Below are positions 63,401-64,000 of a stretch of 64,000 nt of DNA, piece after piece. Position numbers and translations under genes: made by a program. The stretch covers positions 36,766,001-36,830,000 of the forward strand of contig NC_043007.1 in assembly GCF_006345805.1 (NCBI RefSeq), written 5' to 3'. The first letter of the stretch is position 1. Each line of letters begins with the position of its first letter. The DNA is from Octopus sinensis (taxonomy: Eukaryota). The notes below the pieces were generated by a model, which saw only the letters and a list, made by a program, of their open reading frames with translations, was not told the origin of the DNA and did not search any database.

Positions 63401-63749
63401 TGCCAACACTGAAGGAGCAGTAACAGGAAATGAAAACAGACTGAACATTTAGAAACAATTCGTAAGTAGAAAAGGTATGAACTCCCTAGGGAAGCAAAAT
63501 TTTAAAAAGGGAGAGGTGTTGAAAGAAAAAAAGAAAAAATAATAATAAAATATTATTTTGTTTCCTACGGAAGTTGAAACTTCAAAAGGGGAAATGTTGT
63601 GGTGAGAGTCATAACACCCCCTGCAATAAGAGACTTAACTGAACAACTATAAATAGTAGTGGTCTGAGTGAGGGACCAAGAGTAGGTGTTAATTACAGGA
63701 AGTTGTAAGGTGTCATTTCGGTAGTTTGTCGGAATATCATTTGTTGGTT
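60439..63749 (+). mobile_element. Decayed, internally deleted Ty3/Gypsy LTR retrotransposon
   Basis: 5' LTR from TGTTG 60439 to ~60851, PBS-like tggtgatgagga 60871; gag SITGFSYDPEEGITF..YFRRY, zinc knuckle CYGCGALHFRKDC; RT KLDLSDAYLQ..LPFG..APAIFQ..YLDD; integrase PYHPSSNGKAERF; PPT 63584-63594 and 3' LTR from 63595. Confidence 0.92.
60500..60660 (-). mobile_element. Penelope-like fragment inserted in the 5' LTR, with degenerate hammerhead-like motif
   Basis: Absent from the 3' LTR, bracketed by tataaataata; minus strand 60630-60595 reads cttt CAGAAGA a gagt gcag gctc GAAA tg TA aaag. Confidence 0.55.
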
Positions 63750-63756
63750 CAGGTAT

Positions 63757-64000
63757 ACTTTACTCTTTTACTTGTTTCAATCATTTGACTGTGGCCATGC
63801 TGGAGCACTGCCTTTAGTCGAGCAAGTCGACCCCAGGACTTATTCTTTGTAAGCCTAGTACTTATTCTATCGGTCTATTTTGCCGAACTGCTAAGTTACG
63901 AGGACATAACCAAACCAGTATCGATTGTCAAGCGATGTTGGGGGAACAAACACAGACACACAAACATATACACACACACATATATATATACATACATATA
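63757..64000 (-). mobile_element. SINE family A 3' half truncating the 3' LTR
   Basis: tactcttttacttgtttcaatcatttgactgtggccatgctggagc... Confidence 0.85.

Overview
Eukaryotic, AT-rich, microsatellite-dense DNA. The SINE families and RTE/CR1/Penelope-type debris resemble octopus (coleoid cephalopod) repeats; this is recalled similarity, not a database result. The one confidently identified gene is a Dispatched (disp/DISP1-type RND/sterol-sensing Hedgehog exporter) on the + strand. I reconstruct it as four phase-consistent coding exons (29447-29457, 30881-31004, 32594-33065, 34904-37518; 3222 nt, 1073 aa). Its ECD1 furin-loop position holds a ~98-aa, ~59% Lys/Arg insertion. Weaker splice-signal evidence suggests the 3' end of an unidentified + strand gene at 2.7-4.9 kb and a convergent - strand gene at 39.4-45.8 kb. 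The rest is transposon-derived: tRNA-type SINEs, RTE and CR1/L2 LINE fragments, mariner/Tc1 remnants, piggyBac-, Kolobok- and Merlin-like MITEs, two non-autonomous Helitron-like copies and a decayed Gypsy element. There is also a set of Penelope-like fold-back elements in (TA)n tracts carrying complete or partial minimal hammerhead ribozyme motifs (best at 52850-52895, - strand). No rRNA, bona fide tRNA or CRISPR array was seen. Most repeat boundaries are approximate.
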